DNA from: Bacteroidia bacterium
Lineage (GTDB): Bacteria; Bacteroidota; Bacteroidia; J057; JANRLA01
DNA: 64,000 bases
Direction: 5' to 3'
Assembly: GCA_033763015.1 (NCBI GenBank)
Contig: JANRLA010000032.1
Span: 10,036-74,035 of the forward strand
Numbering within the stretch: the first letter of the stretch is position 1; each line of letters begins with the position of its first letter. The translations under genes were made by a program, and so were the position numbers. Positions 36,639 through 46,048 of this stretch are shown here, in pieces. The notes below the pieces were generated by a model, which ran no database searches, was not told the DNA's origin, and saw nothing but the letters and a program-made list of their open reading frames with translations.

Positions 36639-38939
36639 CTACCCCACAATCTTGAGTTTGGCGTAGCGCAGGAGCAGGGTTTTGTCGCCGCGGTGCTCAA
36701 AGCGGATGTGGGCGCGGCGGCCCTCGCCGGCGCCGTCTACGCCCGTTACCACCCCGCGCCCAAACTTGAAGTGCTCTACCTGCATGCCTTCGCAGAGGTC
36801 GGTCAGGTCGTCGCCCTCCAGCGGGTTCAGTGGGGCGCTGCTGGTGCGGGGTGCGGGCGTGGGCTGGGTGCGGTAGGGGCTCTGGGGGCTGCGGGGTGCG
36901 GCGGGGGTGGGGGTGCGCTGGGCCAGGGGCTGGCGCAGGTCGGCGCGGGCCTCTTTCAGGCTCTCCAGGTGCTGCACGCGCGGGGCGGGGGGCAGCTTCA
37001 GGTACTGGGGGTCTATCTCTTCTAAGAAGCGGCTCTGCTCGCCGAACTGCAGCTGCCCGTAGCGGAAGCGCTGCTTGGCCCAGCTCAGGGTCAGGGCCTC
37101 GCGGGCGCGGGTCACGGCTACGTAAAACAGGCGGCGCTCTTCTTCCAGGTCGGCGCGGTCTTGCATGGCCATCTGGCCGGGGAAGAGCCCCTCTTCCAGG
37201 CCCACCACGAACACCGACTTGTACTCCAGGCCCTTCGCGGCGTGGATGGTCATCAGGCTCACGTAGTCGTCGGTAGCGCTTTTCTCGTCGGCGTCGGTAA
37301 AGAGGGCTATCTCGGCCAAGAAGGCGGCCAGGCTGTGGTCGTCGCGCCGGTTGTCGTCGGCAAACTCGCGTGCGGCGTTGATGAGCTCCTGCACGTTCTC
37401 CCAGCGGCTCAGGCCCTCGGTGCTGTTGTCGCGGTGCAGCTCTTTTAGGATGCCGCTGTGCTTGGCAATGTGCTCTACGGCAGCATAGGCGTTCTCTTTG
37501 GCGGCCACGGCGCCAAAGCTTTTCACGAGCAGCACAAACTGCCTGATAACGCCACCCGTGCGGCCCACACCCAGCTCTTCGGCGCGTTGCAGGGCCTCCC
37601 AGAAGCCCAGGCCGCCCTCGTGGGCCGCCACCCGCACACGGTCTATGCTCGTATCGCCGATGCCCCGGGCGGGGTAGTTGATCACGCGCACCAGCGCTTC
37701 TTCGTCGCGGGGGTTGATGGCCAGGCGCAGGTAGGCCACCACGTCTTTCACTTCCTTGCGCTTGTAAAAGCTCAGGCCGCCAAAAATGCGGTACACGATG
37801 CCGGCACGGCGCAGCTGGTCCTCCAGTACCCGGCTCTGGGCGTTGGTGCGGTACAGGATGGCGAACTCTTTGTTGAGCAGCTGGCGGCCAAACTTCTGCT
37901 CGCGGATGCGGTCTACCACCCGCTGGGCCTCGTCCTGGTCGCTGGCAGCCTCCAGCACGTGGATGAGCTCGCCCCGTGGGTTTTCGGTAAACACCACCTT
38001 GGGTATCTGGTGCTTGTTCTGGGCAATGACCGCGTTGGCAACGTCTACGATGATGCCCGTGCTGCGGTAGTTCTGCTCCAGCTTGTACACCGCCGCATCG
38101 GGGTAGTCTTTCTGGAAGTTGAGGATGTTCTCAATGTTCGCACCCCGAAAGCTGTAGATGCTCTGGGCATCGTCGCCGACCACCGTCACGTTCTCGTGCA
38201 CCGCGCTCAGCTTGCGTGTGATGATGTACTGGGCGTGGTTGGTATCCTGGTACTCGTCTACCATGATGTAGCGGTAGCGGTGGGCCAGTTTGTGCTGCAC
38301 CTCGGGCGCGCGCTGGAAGAGGGCCACCATGTTGACCAGCAGGTCGTCGAAGTCCATGGCATCGGCGGCCACCAGGCGGCTCTGGTAGGTGTGGTACACC
38401 TTGGCGGCCACCTCGCTCATATGGTCGGTGGCGTATTTCTGGGCAAACTCGGCGGGCGTTACCAGGTAGTTCTTGGCGTTGCTGATGGTGCCGTGGATGT
38501 GGTTGGGCTTGTACTTCTTGTCGTCGAGGCGCAGCTCTTTGAGGATGGTTTTGATGAGCGAGCGGCTGTCTTCGGTGTCGTAGATCGTGAAGTTGGGCGT
38601 GTAGTCTACCTTCTCGGCGTAGATGCGCAGGATGCGGCTGAAGAGGCTGTGGAACGTGCCCATGGGGATGTTCCGGCTCTCGGGGCCCACCAGCTGCTCA
38701 ATGCGGGCGCGCATTTCGCGGGCGGCCTTGTTGGTAAAGGTCAGGGCCAGCAGCTCGAAGGCATCGGCCGCGCCGGTGGCCAAGAGGTAGGCCAGGCGGT
38801 GGGTGAGCACCCGCGTTTTGCCCGAGCCCGCCCCGGCAATGATCATGGCCGGGCCCGTGCCGTGCAGTACGGCGGCGCGCTGCTGGGGGTTGAGGCCCGC
38901 TACAAACTGGTCGGGGTCGGTGGGGGTGCTACGGGGCAT
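36639..38939 (-). CDS. ATP-dependent DNA helicase, UvrD/PcrA/Rep family
   Basis: The start is set at ATG 38939 (MPRSTPTDPDQFVAGLNPQQRAAV). It has the Walker A AGAGSGKTRVLTHR, MVDEYQDTN, the TIHAAKGLE motif, and a C-terminal Tudor-like VEHFKFGRGVV. The ORF-track extension to 39866 overlaps the opposite-strand AAA gene and is discarded. Confidence 0.9.
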   Translation of the reverse strand: MPRSTPTDPDQFVAGLNPQQRAAVLHGTGPAMIIAGAGSGKTRVLTHRLAYLLATGAADAFELLALTFTNKAAREMRARIEQLVGPESRNIPMGTFHSLFSRILRIYAEKVDYTPNFTIYDTEDSRSLIKTILKELRLDDKKYKPNHIHGTISNAKNYLVTPAEFAQKYATDHMSEVAAKVYHTYQSRLVAADAMDFDDLLVNMVALFQRAPEVQHKLAHRYRYIMVDEYQDTNHAQYIITRKLSAVHENVTVVGDDAQSIYSFRGANIENILNFQKDYPDAAVYKLEQNYRSTGIIVDVANAVIAQNKHQIPKVVFTENPRGELIHVLEAASDQDEAQRVVDRIREQKFGRQLLNKEFAILYRTNAQSRVLEDQLRRAGIVYRIFGGLSFYKRKEVKDVVAYLRLAINPRDEEALVRVINYPARGIGDTSIDRVRVAAHEGGLGFWEALQRAEELGVGRTGGVIRQFVLLVKSFGAVAAKENAYAAVEHIAKHSGILKELHRDNSTEGLSRWENVQELINAAREFADDNRRDDHSLAAFLAEIALFTDADEKSATDDYVSLMTIHAAKGLEYKSVFVVGLEEGLFPGQMAMQDRADLEEERRLFYVAVTRAREALTLSWAKQRFRYGQLQFGEQSRFLEEIDPQYLKLPPAPRVQHLESLKEARADLRQPLAQRTPTPAAPRSPQSPYRTQPTPAPRTSSAPLNPLEGDDLTDLCEGMQVEHFKFGRGVVTGVDGAGEGRRAHIRFEHRGDKTLLLRYAKLKIVG

Positions 38940-39134
38940 ACCCCGTAAAACTACGCCGCCCCGCGCGGCGTGCCCCGCTGGGTTATCAAGGGGTGGTAAA
39001 ACTGGTTGCCTAGCCTGCCGTTGGCATGGGTGATTGGGCAGAAGGCGGTTGCCCCAGTTTCGGTTATAGGTTGAAACCCTGACTGTGCTTGCACGGTCTG
39101 TAACTTTCGTTCGCCGAGACACACCCTGCCCCCA

Positions 39135-40901
39135 ATGACTGCTACGCCCACCGATACCCTGAACACCCCCGGCACCTACCGCCCCATGTGGGTCGATGAG
39201 TTTGCGCGCCTGTACTTCACCAAGACCATTGCGCAGTTCATCCTGCACGGCAACATCATCGACTTTGTCCGCAGCGCCGACCCCAAGGGCGGCTGGCAGT
39301 ACCACAAGCTGCCCGACTACCTGAAGCACGAGCTCTTCAAGCGCCGCGACCTGGTCATCAGCTACGACCGGGCCTCGGGCATCAGCTTCCGCGACGCCGA
39401 GATGAAGAAAGACTTCCTGCTCTCGGTTTCGGCCTACGACGCCCTGAACAAGACCACCTTCGCCCAGAGCCTGCCCAAAGACCCCGCCCGGGCCTTTGCC
39501 ATCCTCGAGAACTACTTCCGCATCCGGCTCATGGACGGCAAGAAGATTGCCTTCATCATCGACTACGCCGATACCGTGGTGCCCATGGGCCAGGCCGCCT
39601 TCGCCAACAACGAAGACCGCGCCATCCTGGTCTACTTGCTCAAGTGGGCCAAAGAGAGCCTGTTCCTCAACAGCGACATGACCACGGTGCTGGTCACCGA
39701 CAACGTGAACGACCTTAACCAGGCCCTCACGCGCAACCCCTACACCGCCGCCATCGAGATCGACTACCCCGAGGCGCCCGAGCGGCTGGTGTTCATCCAG
39801 CACACCCTGGCCAAAAACCCGGCCCTGCCCCCGCTCATGGAAATGAGCCCCGAGGTCATGGCCCAAAACACCGCCGGCCTGAACATCGTACAGCTCAAGA
39901 CCCTCTTGGCCGAAATCTCAGAGAACAAGCTCTACTTCACCTTCGAGGAGCTTACCCGGCGCAAAAAGACCATCATCGAGGCCGAAGCCGCCGGGCTCTT
40001 GGGCTTCGTCGAGACCAAGTTCAGCCTCGAAAACGTGGCCGGGCACAAGTACGCCAAGCAGAACCTGCTCTCGGCCGCCGCCGCCCTCAAGGCTGGCCGC
40101 CCCGACGTCATGCCCATGGGCTACCTCGTGGCCGGGCCCGTGGGTACGGGCAAGACGTTTCTGGTGAGCTGTTTTGCCGCCGACATCGGGGTGCCCATGG
40201 TCGAGCTCAAGAATTTCCGCAGCCAGTGGCAGGGCGTTACAGAAAGCAACCTCGAGAAGGTGCTCAAAATCCTGAAGGCCATGAACCCGGTGGCCGTGCT
40301 CATTGACGAGGCCGATGCCGCCCTGGGCAACCGCAGCGCCAGTGGCGACAGCGGCGTGAGCAGCCGCGTCTTTAGCATGATTGCCACCTTTATGAGCAAC
40401 ACCGAGCACCGCGGCAAGATCATCTGGTTCCTGCTTACCGCCCGGCCCGACCTCATGCCCGTCGACCTCAAGCGCCAGGGCCGTGCCGAAGAGCACATCG
40501 CCCTGTTCTACCCCGAAACCATCGACGAGAAGAAAGAGCTACTCCAGGTAATGCTCAAGAAGACGGGTATTAAAAACCTAGGCCCCGACAGCTTCGACGC
40601 ACATTTTTACGAAACGCTGAAGATCAACTCGGGCGCCGAGATGGAGGCGGCCCTCACGCGCGCCAAGTTCCGCGCCGCCGTGGCCGGTGCCCCCGAGGTG
40701 GGCGTCGAGCACGTGCGGCAGGCCTTCGACGACTTCATCCCGCCCACCTACCCCGAAGAGGTCGAGCTCATGAACTACGTGGCTGTGCTAGAATGCACCA
40801 GCCGCGAGCTACTACCCGAGCGCTTCAAGCACATGCCCCGCGAAGAAGTGGTCAAAAAGATCGCCGAAATCAAAGCCAGCCTGCCCCGCGGGAAGTTTTA
40901 G
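39135..40901 (+). CDS. AAA+ ATPase with a degenerate N-terminal AAA-like half
   Basis: The C-terminal half has the Walker A GPVGTGKTF, the Walker B VLIDEADA and a second region of homology TARPDLMPVDLKRQGR. The N-terminal half keeps the fold spacing but has FILHGNIIDF at the P-loop position and IIDYAD at the Walker B position. Confidence 0.8.
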   Translation: MTATPTDTLNTPGTYRPMWVDEFARLYFTKTIAQFILHGNIIDFVRSADPKGGWQYHKLPDYLKHELFKRRDLVISYDRASGISFRDAEMKKDFLLSVSAYDALNKTTFAQSLPKDPARAFAILENYFRIRLMDGKKIAFIIDYADTVVPMGQAAFANNEDRAILVYLLKWAKESLFLNSDMTTVLVTDNVNDLNQALTRNPYTAAIEIDYPEAPERLVFIQHTLAKNPALPPLMEMSPEVMAQNTAGLNIVQLKTLLAEISENKLYFTFEELTRRKKTIIEAEAAGLLGFVETKFSLENVAGHKYAKQNLLSAAAALKAGRPDVMPMGYLVAGPVGTGKTFLVSCFAADIGVPMVELKNFRSQWQGVTESNLEKVLKILKAMNPVAVLIDEADAALGNRSASGDSGVSSRVFSMIATFMSNTEHRGKIIWFLLTARPDLMPVDLKRQGRAEEHIALFYPETIDEKKELLQVMLKKTGIKNLGPDSFDAHFYETLKINSGAEMEAALTRAKFRAAVAGAPEVGVEHVRQAFDDFIPPTYPEEVELMNYVAVLECTSRELLPERFKHMPREEVVKKIAEIKASLPRGKF

Positions 40902-40919
40902 TTACCGACCCCTCACCCT

Positions 40920-41432
40920 ATGGCCCAGCAAAAGTTATTTATTAACGACAACGAAGTCGTCTTCGCCCGTACTAGCAAGTTGGCCTATATAGCCTTGTCG
41001 TTGGTGCCGATTGGCTTTTACCTTTTTAAGGTGGCTGGCGCTATTGATGAGGATAACTTCACGTGGGCCGATACGCTAGGCTTGGTTTTGATATTATCAG
41101 CGTTACCTGTGTTTTGGTTGTTGTACACTGGGCTGAAAGAAGTCTTTACAATTGAACGAGCTGGCCCAGTGCTGCACAGAAGTCTTACCTTTTTCGGTCG
41201 CCGTTTGCAGACTAAGCGTGTCCCAATTGACTTGATTAAAGTCGTCTACAAATCCAAGAAGTCTAGCCTTGATTTTTACGTGAGCCTAAAAACCGGCTCC
41301 TTGATGTATCAGGCATCGGTCGCCAACCCAAAGAACCGCGACCGGCTGCAACGCATCCTCGATTCGGTGGGTGCAAGTGCCGACGCCAAAATCGGGCTAC
41401 CCGAGCAGGACTACACCAAGCGGGCGCATTAG
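40920..41432 (+). CDS. hypothetical membrane protein
   Basis: 170 aa with two predicted TM helices (YIALSLVPIGFYLF, LVLILSALPVFWLLY) followed by a basic soluble tail. It lies 18 nt after the AAA gene and is AT-richer than that gene. Confidence 0.5.
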   Translation: MAQQKLFINDNEVVFARTSKLAYIALSLVPIGFYLFKVAGAIDEDNFTWADTLGLVLILSALPVFWLLYTGLKEVFTIERAGPVLHRSLTFFGRRLQTKRVPIDLIKVVYKSKKSSLDFYVSLKTGSLMYQASVANPKNRDRLQRILDSVGASADAKIGLPEQDYTKRAH

Positions 41433-41521
41433 TACAGTATTGAGGGCGTCTCCTGGTTTAATCTTCCCAGGTCTGGGCGGCGAGTTGCAGCAATTTTGGC
41501 CAGCTTTTTCGTTCTTCCGGT

Positions 41522-41725
41522 ATGGAAGCGACATTGCCCCTGCTGGATCGGGTAATTGATGAACTCCGGGCGCTGCCCCAGGCAGAACAGCAGGCTTTTG
41601 CCGAACTGATTCAGCACGAACTGAACTGGTCCCGTATCTACCAGACCTATGAACCTGCCATCCTGAAGATGGCCGAGGAAGCCTGGGCAGAGCATGAACA
41701 AGGGCTTTCCTTCCCACGTGGGTGA
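41522..41725 (+). CDS. putative type II antitoxin
   Basis: A 67-aa acidic helical ORF. Its stop TGA overlaps the GTG start of the next ORF (GTGA, 41722-41725). Confidence 0.45.
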   Translation: MEATLPLLDRVIDELRALPQAEQQAFAELIQHELNWSRIYQTYEPAILKMAEEAWAEHEQGLSFPRG

Positions 41726-41994
41726 TCTCGCGTACCTCCCGTTCGTTTTGGAAGGCTTACCAGGCCCTTCCTCGTGCCGTTCAACTGCGAGCGGTTAAGC
41801 AGTACCACCTTTGGCTAGAGAACCCGAAGCATCCCAGCTTACATTTTAAACTGGTGCTTACCAAAGGGCCAGTGTACAGTGTTAGAGTAACAGATAGTTA
41901 TAGAGCTCTTGGTATCCTTCACGCGGACACGATCCTTTGGTTTTGGATAGGCCTACACAGCGAGTACGAGCGCCAGCTTCAGCTACCCTCCTAA
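41722..41994 (+). CDS. RelE/ParE-superfamily toxin (putative)
   Basis: 90 aa. FWKAYQALPRAVQLRAVKQYHLWLENPKHPSLHFKLV..YSVRVTDSYRALGILHADTILWFWIGLHSEYERQL fits the ParE/RelE-like pattern (F.k.y..L, hPsL.fK, ysvRi...yRa.g, WfWIG.H.eY). Confidence 0.6.
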   Translation: MISRTSRSFWKAYQALPRAVQLRAVKQYHLWLENPKHPSLHFKLVLTKGPVYSVRVTDSYRALGILHADTILWFWIGLHSEYERQLQLPS

Positions 41995-43481
41995 AACTGC
42001 AGGTAGATAAACGGCTGCACTTCGCTGGAAGTAAATTGATATATACATAGCACAATGGTTGCAACCGCCAGGGCCTGAAGTGCCCAGTGCAGTTGGGTAA
42101 AGCGGTGCTTGAGCTTGGCTTTCCAGGCCGTGGGCAGGTAGTGTACCACAACTGCCACGGCCAGCATAGCCGCCACGCGCCAGTAGCCCGCCAGCCACGT
42201 GCCCACAAGGTGCCCATCGAAGGCTGTAAAGATTCTCGTGAGCATGAGGCGAAGCTGGCCCAGGTCGTCGGCCACGAAGAGCAGGTAGGTGGCGGCCAAA
42301 AAGCAATAGGTGAGCAGTACGCTGGCGCTTCGGTAGAGCCAGGGGGGCACACGCTGGGCCAGGCGGCGGCGCTGGGGCTGGGTCAGGGTATCCCAGCCAA
42401 TGGCCAGGCCGTGGCTCAGGCCCCAGAGCACGAACGTCCACGCCGGGCCGTGCCACAGACCCGAGAGCACGAACGTGAGCGTCACGGCCAGCACCGTAAA
42501 GAGCTTCCCCCGCCGCCGCCAGCGGAAGTTGAGCGGCAGGAACACGTAGTCGTTGAACCAGGTGCTTAGAGTGATGTGCCAGCGGCGCCAGAAGTCGGTC
42601 ACGTTCTGGGCCTTGAAGGGCTCGTTGAAGTTGCGGCCCAGCTCCAGGCCCAGCAGCAGCCCTACACCCAGGGCCATGTCGGTATACCCCGAAAAGTCGT
42701 AGTAGAGCTGAAAACCGTAGCTGAAGGCGGCCAGCAGGATCTCGAGGCCCGTGTACGACTCGGGGTAGTCGAACACCCGGCCCACGAAGTTGGCCGCCAG
42801 GTAGTCGGCGATTACCAGCTTTTTCACCAGGCCCGTCAGGAACAAAAACACCGCCGCGCCCACCTGCGCCTGGGTCAGGCGGTAGGGCTGGCGCAGCTGG
42901 CCCAGAAACGAAGCCGCCCGTGTGATGGGCCCGGCCAGTAGGCTCGGGAAGAACGTGACGTAGCACAGGTAGTTGAGGTAGCTGCGCTCGGGGGCCTCTA
43001 CCTCCTCCTGCCAGAGGCCGATGATGTAGCTCAGGCTCTTAAACGTGTAGTACGAGATACCCACCGGCAGTAGCCAGCCCAGGGGCGCTGGTGTGTAGGT
43101 GCCCGTCAGCAGCCAATCGTAGGTGCCCAGAAAAAAGAACTGGTATTTAAACCAGGCCAAAAGGCCTAGGTTCAGGGCCAGCGAGGCGTAGTAGTAGCCT
43201 CGCTTGCTGCGCGTGGGGCTGTCGTAGATGCGCTGGCCCAGCCACCAGTCGTAGGTAGCGGTGCCAAGAATGGCGAAAACAAACCACCCGCCGGCCTTCC
43301 AGTAGAAGTACAGGCTGAAGGCCGACAGCAGTGCCACGCGCCAACGGGGTTTGCCACTCAACGCCCACTGCAGCGCAAACAGGGCCGTAAAGACCGCGAC
43401 AAACAGCCGGGTGGTAAAAAAGAGCGTATGCTCAGAGCCGTGGCCCAGCGCCTGCAAAACGTGCCCCAGCGCCTCAGGCAT
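41991..43481 (-). CDS. MBOAT family O-acyltransferase (AlgI/DltB-like)
   Basis: A 496-aa polytopic protein. It carries FWRRWHITLSTWFNDYVFLPL and the conserved His in LSGLWHGPAWTFVLWG. Confidence 0.9.
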   Translation of the reverse strand: MPEALGHVLQALGHGSEHTLFFTTRLFVAVFTALFALQWALSGKPRWRVALLSAFSLYFYWKAGGWFVFAILGTATYDWWLGQRIYDSPTRSKRGYYYASLALNLGLLAWFKYQFFFLGTYDWLLTGTYTPAPLGWLLPVGISYYTFKSLSYIIGLWQEEVEAPERSYLNYLCYVTFFPSLLAGPITRAASFLGQLRQPYRLTQAQVGAAVFLFLTGLVKKLVIADYLAANFVGRVFDYPESYTGLEILLAAFSYGFQLYYDFSGYTDMALGVGLLLGLELGRNFNEPFKAQNVTDFWRRWHITLSTWFNDYVFLPLNFRWRRRGKLFTVLAVTLTFVLSGLWHGPAWTFVLWGLSHGLAIGWDTLTQPQRRRLAQRVPPWLYRSASVLLTYCFLAATYLLFVADDLGQLRLMLTRIFTAFDGHLVGTWLAGYWRVAAMLAVAVVVHYLPTAWKAKLKHRFTQLHWALQALAVATIVLCIYQFTSSEVQPFIYLQF

Positions 43482-43563
43482 CGAACAAAGTACCCCCTAC
43501 TCCGTGTTGTAACATTGATCTGGCGCAGAAAACGGCTCAAAACTACCGGCAAACTTTCGGTCC

Positions 43564-44190
43564 ATGGCACCCACCCTATCCACACCCCAGTCGGTTAGCT
43601 GGCGGCACCTGCCGCACTACAGCTACCCCGAGTACTGGGCGCTGTTTACCCGCGTCGTAGAGGACCGCGCCACCACGGGCACGGGCCCTGAACAAAACGA
43701 AGCCCTGGCCGACTACACACGCCTGAACCACACCCGCAGCAAGCGCCTAAACGGACGCGTCGTTGTGCCCGAACCGCTGAAAGAGCTACTTGCTACCCTG
43801 CAGTCGCCCCAGACCTGGCTCGTGCTCACCGAAGCCTGGTGCGGCGATGCGGCGCAGAACTTGCCCTACCTGAACGCCATGGCCGAAGCCAGCCAAAGCC
43901 GCGTGGACCTGCGGCTTTTACTGCGCGACGAGAACCTCGAACTTATGGACCGATTCCTCACTCGCGGCGGTCGGGCCATCCCCAAACTCATCGCCCTGGG
44001 CCCTCAAGACGAAGTGCGCTTCACCTGGGGCGCCCGCCCGGCCGAGGCCCAGGCCATTGTAAGCCGGTGGAAAGAAAACCCCACCGAGAGCAAAGAGGAG
44101 ATGTACCTGCGCCTCCACGCTTGGTATGCCGAAAACAAAGGCGCGGCGCTGTTTACGGAGTTTGCGGTGCTGCTGGGCCAGCCCGCATGA
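43564..44190 (+). CDS. thioredoxin-fold family protein
   Basis: 208 aa. WLVLTEAWCGDAAQNLPYL sits at the thioredoxin active-site position with a single Cys. PKLIAL is at the cis-Pro loop. Confidence 0.6.
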   Translation: MAPTLSTPQSVSWRHLPHYSYPEYWALFTRVVEDRATTGTGPEQNEALADYTRLNHTRSKRLNGRVVVPEPLKELLATLQSPQTWLVLTEAWCGDAAQNLPYLNAMAEASQSRVDLRLLLRDENLELMDRFLTRGGRAIPKLIALGPQDEVRFTWGARPAEAQAIVSRWKENPTESKEEMYLRLHAWYAENKGAALFTEFAVLLGQPA

Positions 44191-44678
44191 AAACCCTGGC
44201 CCTGTTGCGGCACGCCAAAAGCAGTTGGGCCGATCCCACCTGCCCCGATTTCGAGCGGCCGCTCAACCGCCGTGGCCAGCGCGATGCCCCCCGCATGGCT
44301 CAGCGGCTAGTTCAGCACCTGGGCCCCTCAACAGTGTGGATAAGCCCAGCGGTACGCACACAGGCCACGTGGGCGCTGCTCTGGGCCGTGCACCCGCTGG
44401 CAACTACGGTACACCACGTGCCCGAGATCTACGAGGCCTCGGCCGAGGACCTGCTCGGTCAGTTGCGGCAAGCCTCACTCGCCGTTGGCTCGCTAGTAGT
44501 CATCGGCCACGCCCCGGGCCTGCCCGACCTCGCAGCCCTGCTGACAGGCGGGCCACCCCTAGCCTTTCCCACCTGCGCGTTTGTCATTCTCCGGTGCGAG
44601 GTAGGTACCTGGGCAAGCCTTGCGCCGGGGTGTGCCACACAACTGCACTACGGTTACCCCAAAGACGGTGTGGATTGA
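44187..44678 (+). CDS. histidine phosphatase family protein (SixA-like)
   Basis: ATG 44187 overlaps the upstream stop (ATGA). MKTLALLRHAKSSW..RPLNRRGQRDAPRM carries the RHA/RHG catalytic motif, and VVIGHAP is also present. Confidence 0.8.
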   Translation: MKTLALLRHAKSSWADPTCPDFERPLNRRGQRDAPRMAQRLVQHLGPSTVWISPAVRTQATWALLWAVHPLATTVHHVPEIYEASAEDLLGQLRQASLAVGSLVVIGHAPGLPDLAALLTGGPPLAFPTCAFVILRCEVGTWASLAPGCATQLHYGYPKDGVD

Positions 44679-44907
44679 GCCACCGTTACCCCAACGTAAC
44701 GTGTGGATTACCGGGTGGCCATCGGGTGTGGATTTCGGGTGCATAGGTGAAGCCCAGGTTATGCACAGGTTACGTGCCTTTGGCCCAGGGTGCGTGTGTA
44801 CTATCACTACCCACACCCACCTGCCGAAAACTATCGTACCCTGTGAATAGCGTAGGTAGCTGCGCCTTGGCGGTCAGCAATTTAGGCGCAGCTCTTCATG
44901 TGGATTC
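44669..44907. promoter_or_regulatory. cluster of DnaA-box-like 9-mers in the nadA upstream gap
   Basis: The copies are TGTGGATTG 44669-44677, TGTGGATTA 44702-44710, TGTGGATTT 44727-44735 and TGTGGATTC 44899-44907, all in one orientation. TTATGCACA at 44759-44767 lies in the opposite orientation and matches TTATNCACA exactly. Confidence 0.35.
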
Positions 44908-45024
44908 CCGGTTTTGGGCCGTTACTTGGGTACCCAAAGTCGGTATGCAACAGCGGCGCTGGGTTTGTTTGCCGCTATTCACGCCCTAATAACCACCACA
45001 GAAAAACTACCTTAGAATCAAACG

Positions 45025-46032
45025 ATGACTATAGAAACGTTGGATGTGCAGGCCTCGGCGCGGCGGCTGGGGTTTGTCGATGCGCCGGTCGATCCTACGC
45101 TAGACCTGTTCGCCGAGATCGAGCGGCTGAAGCGCGAGCACAACGCCGTTATCCTGGCCCACTACTACCAGGATGCCGACATCCAAGACATCGCCGATTA
45201 CTTCGGCGACTCACTGGGCCTAAGCCAACAGGCGGCTGCTACCCAGGCCGAAGTCATACTTTTTGCCGGGGTCCATTTCATGGCCGAGACCGCCAAGATC
45301 CTCAACCCCCACAAGCAGGTGCTTCTGCCCGACCTCAACGCCGGGTGTTCGCTCTCCGATAGCGCACCGCCCGACCGTTTCCGGGCCTGGAAAGCCGCCA
45401 ACTACCCCGATCACAAGGTCGTTACGTACATCAACTGCACGGCAGCCCTTAAGGCACAAAGCGACGTGATTGTGACCAGCTCAAACGCTGTTCACATCGT
45501 GAAGTCGTTCCCCAAAGACCAGCCGCTCATTTTTGCGCCCGACCGCAACCTTGGGGCGTACGTTCGCAAGGCTGCCGACCGGCCCGATATGGTGCTCTGG
45601 GACGGCGCCTGCATGGTGCATGAGATTTTTAATGCCCAGAAGCTTTCCGACCTCCGGCGGCGCTACCCCACGGCACTGCTCATTGCGCACCCCGAGTGTG
45701 AAGAACCTGTCTTGGCACAAGCCGACTTTATTGGCTCTACAACGGGTCTACTCAAGTACGTGGTGGGAAGTACCCACAGTCAGTTCATCGTGGCTACCGA
45801 GCCAGGCATTTTACACCAGATGCGCAAGCAGGCGCCCGGCAAAGAACTTATTCCTGCGCCCAGCGACCACGCCTGCGCCTGCAACAACTGCCCGCACATG
45901 AAGCTCAACACCCTTGAGAAGGTCTACCTGACTCTCAAGTACCGCGCCCCTGAGGTCACCTTACCTGCCGATCTGCTGGCGCAGGCGCGGGTACCCATCG
46001 ACCGCATGCTCGAACTGAGCAAGACGCTGTAG
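45025..46032 (+). CDS. nadA: quinolinate synthase
   Basis: 335 aa. [36 protein letters not shown], the TYINCTA motif and C..M.H...CP.MK are characteristic of NadA. Confidence 0.95.
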   Translation: MTIETLDVQASARRLGFVDAPVDPTLDLFAEIERLKREHNAVILAHYYQDADIQDIADYFGDSLGLSQQAAATQAEVILFAGVHFMAETAKILNPHKQVLLPDLNAGCSLSDSAPPDRFRAWKAANYPDHKVVTYINCTAALKAQSDVIVTSSNAVHIVKSFPKDQPLIFAPDRNLGAYVRKAADRPDMVLWDGACMVHEIFNAQKLSDLRRRYPTALLIAHPECEEPVLAQADFIGSTTGLLKYVVGSTHSQFIVATEPGILHQMRKQAPGKELIPAPSDHACACNNCPHMKLNTLEKVYLTLKYRAPEVTLPADLLAQARVPIDRMLELSKTL

Positions 46033-46048
46033 CCTAGTTTTGCTGCCT

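Noticed and set aside
37458-38948. A 496-aa plus-strand ORF opposite the helicase.
   Set aside because: It is antisense to a gene carrying all the UvrD-family motifs.
38940-39866. The N-terminal 309-aa extension of the helicase ORF (ORF-track 36639..39866).
   Set aside because: The extension overlaps the opposite-strand AAA+ gene and the divergent promoter gap, and it has no helicase similarity. The canonical N-terminus starts at ATG 38939, just before the LNPQQ motif.
41983-42966. A 327-aa alternative-frame ORF within the MBOAT gene.
   Set aside because: It is Pro/Gly/Arg-rich. The 41991..43481 frame carries the MBOAT motifs.
44679-45024. A firm oriC call, or a class I NAD+ riboswitch (nadA motif), in the nadA upstream gap.
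   Set aside because: For oriC: no gene-strand switch is visible, only a short AT-rich tract is present, and GC skew cannot be computed here, so it is kept only as a hypothesis. For the riboswitch: I could not recognise the tandem bulged-stem domains of the nadA motif, which is known essentially from Acidobacteria.
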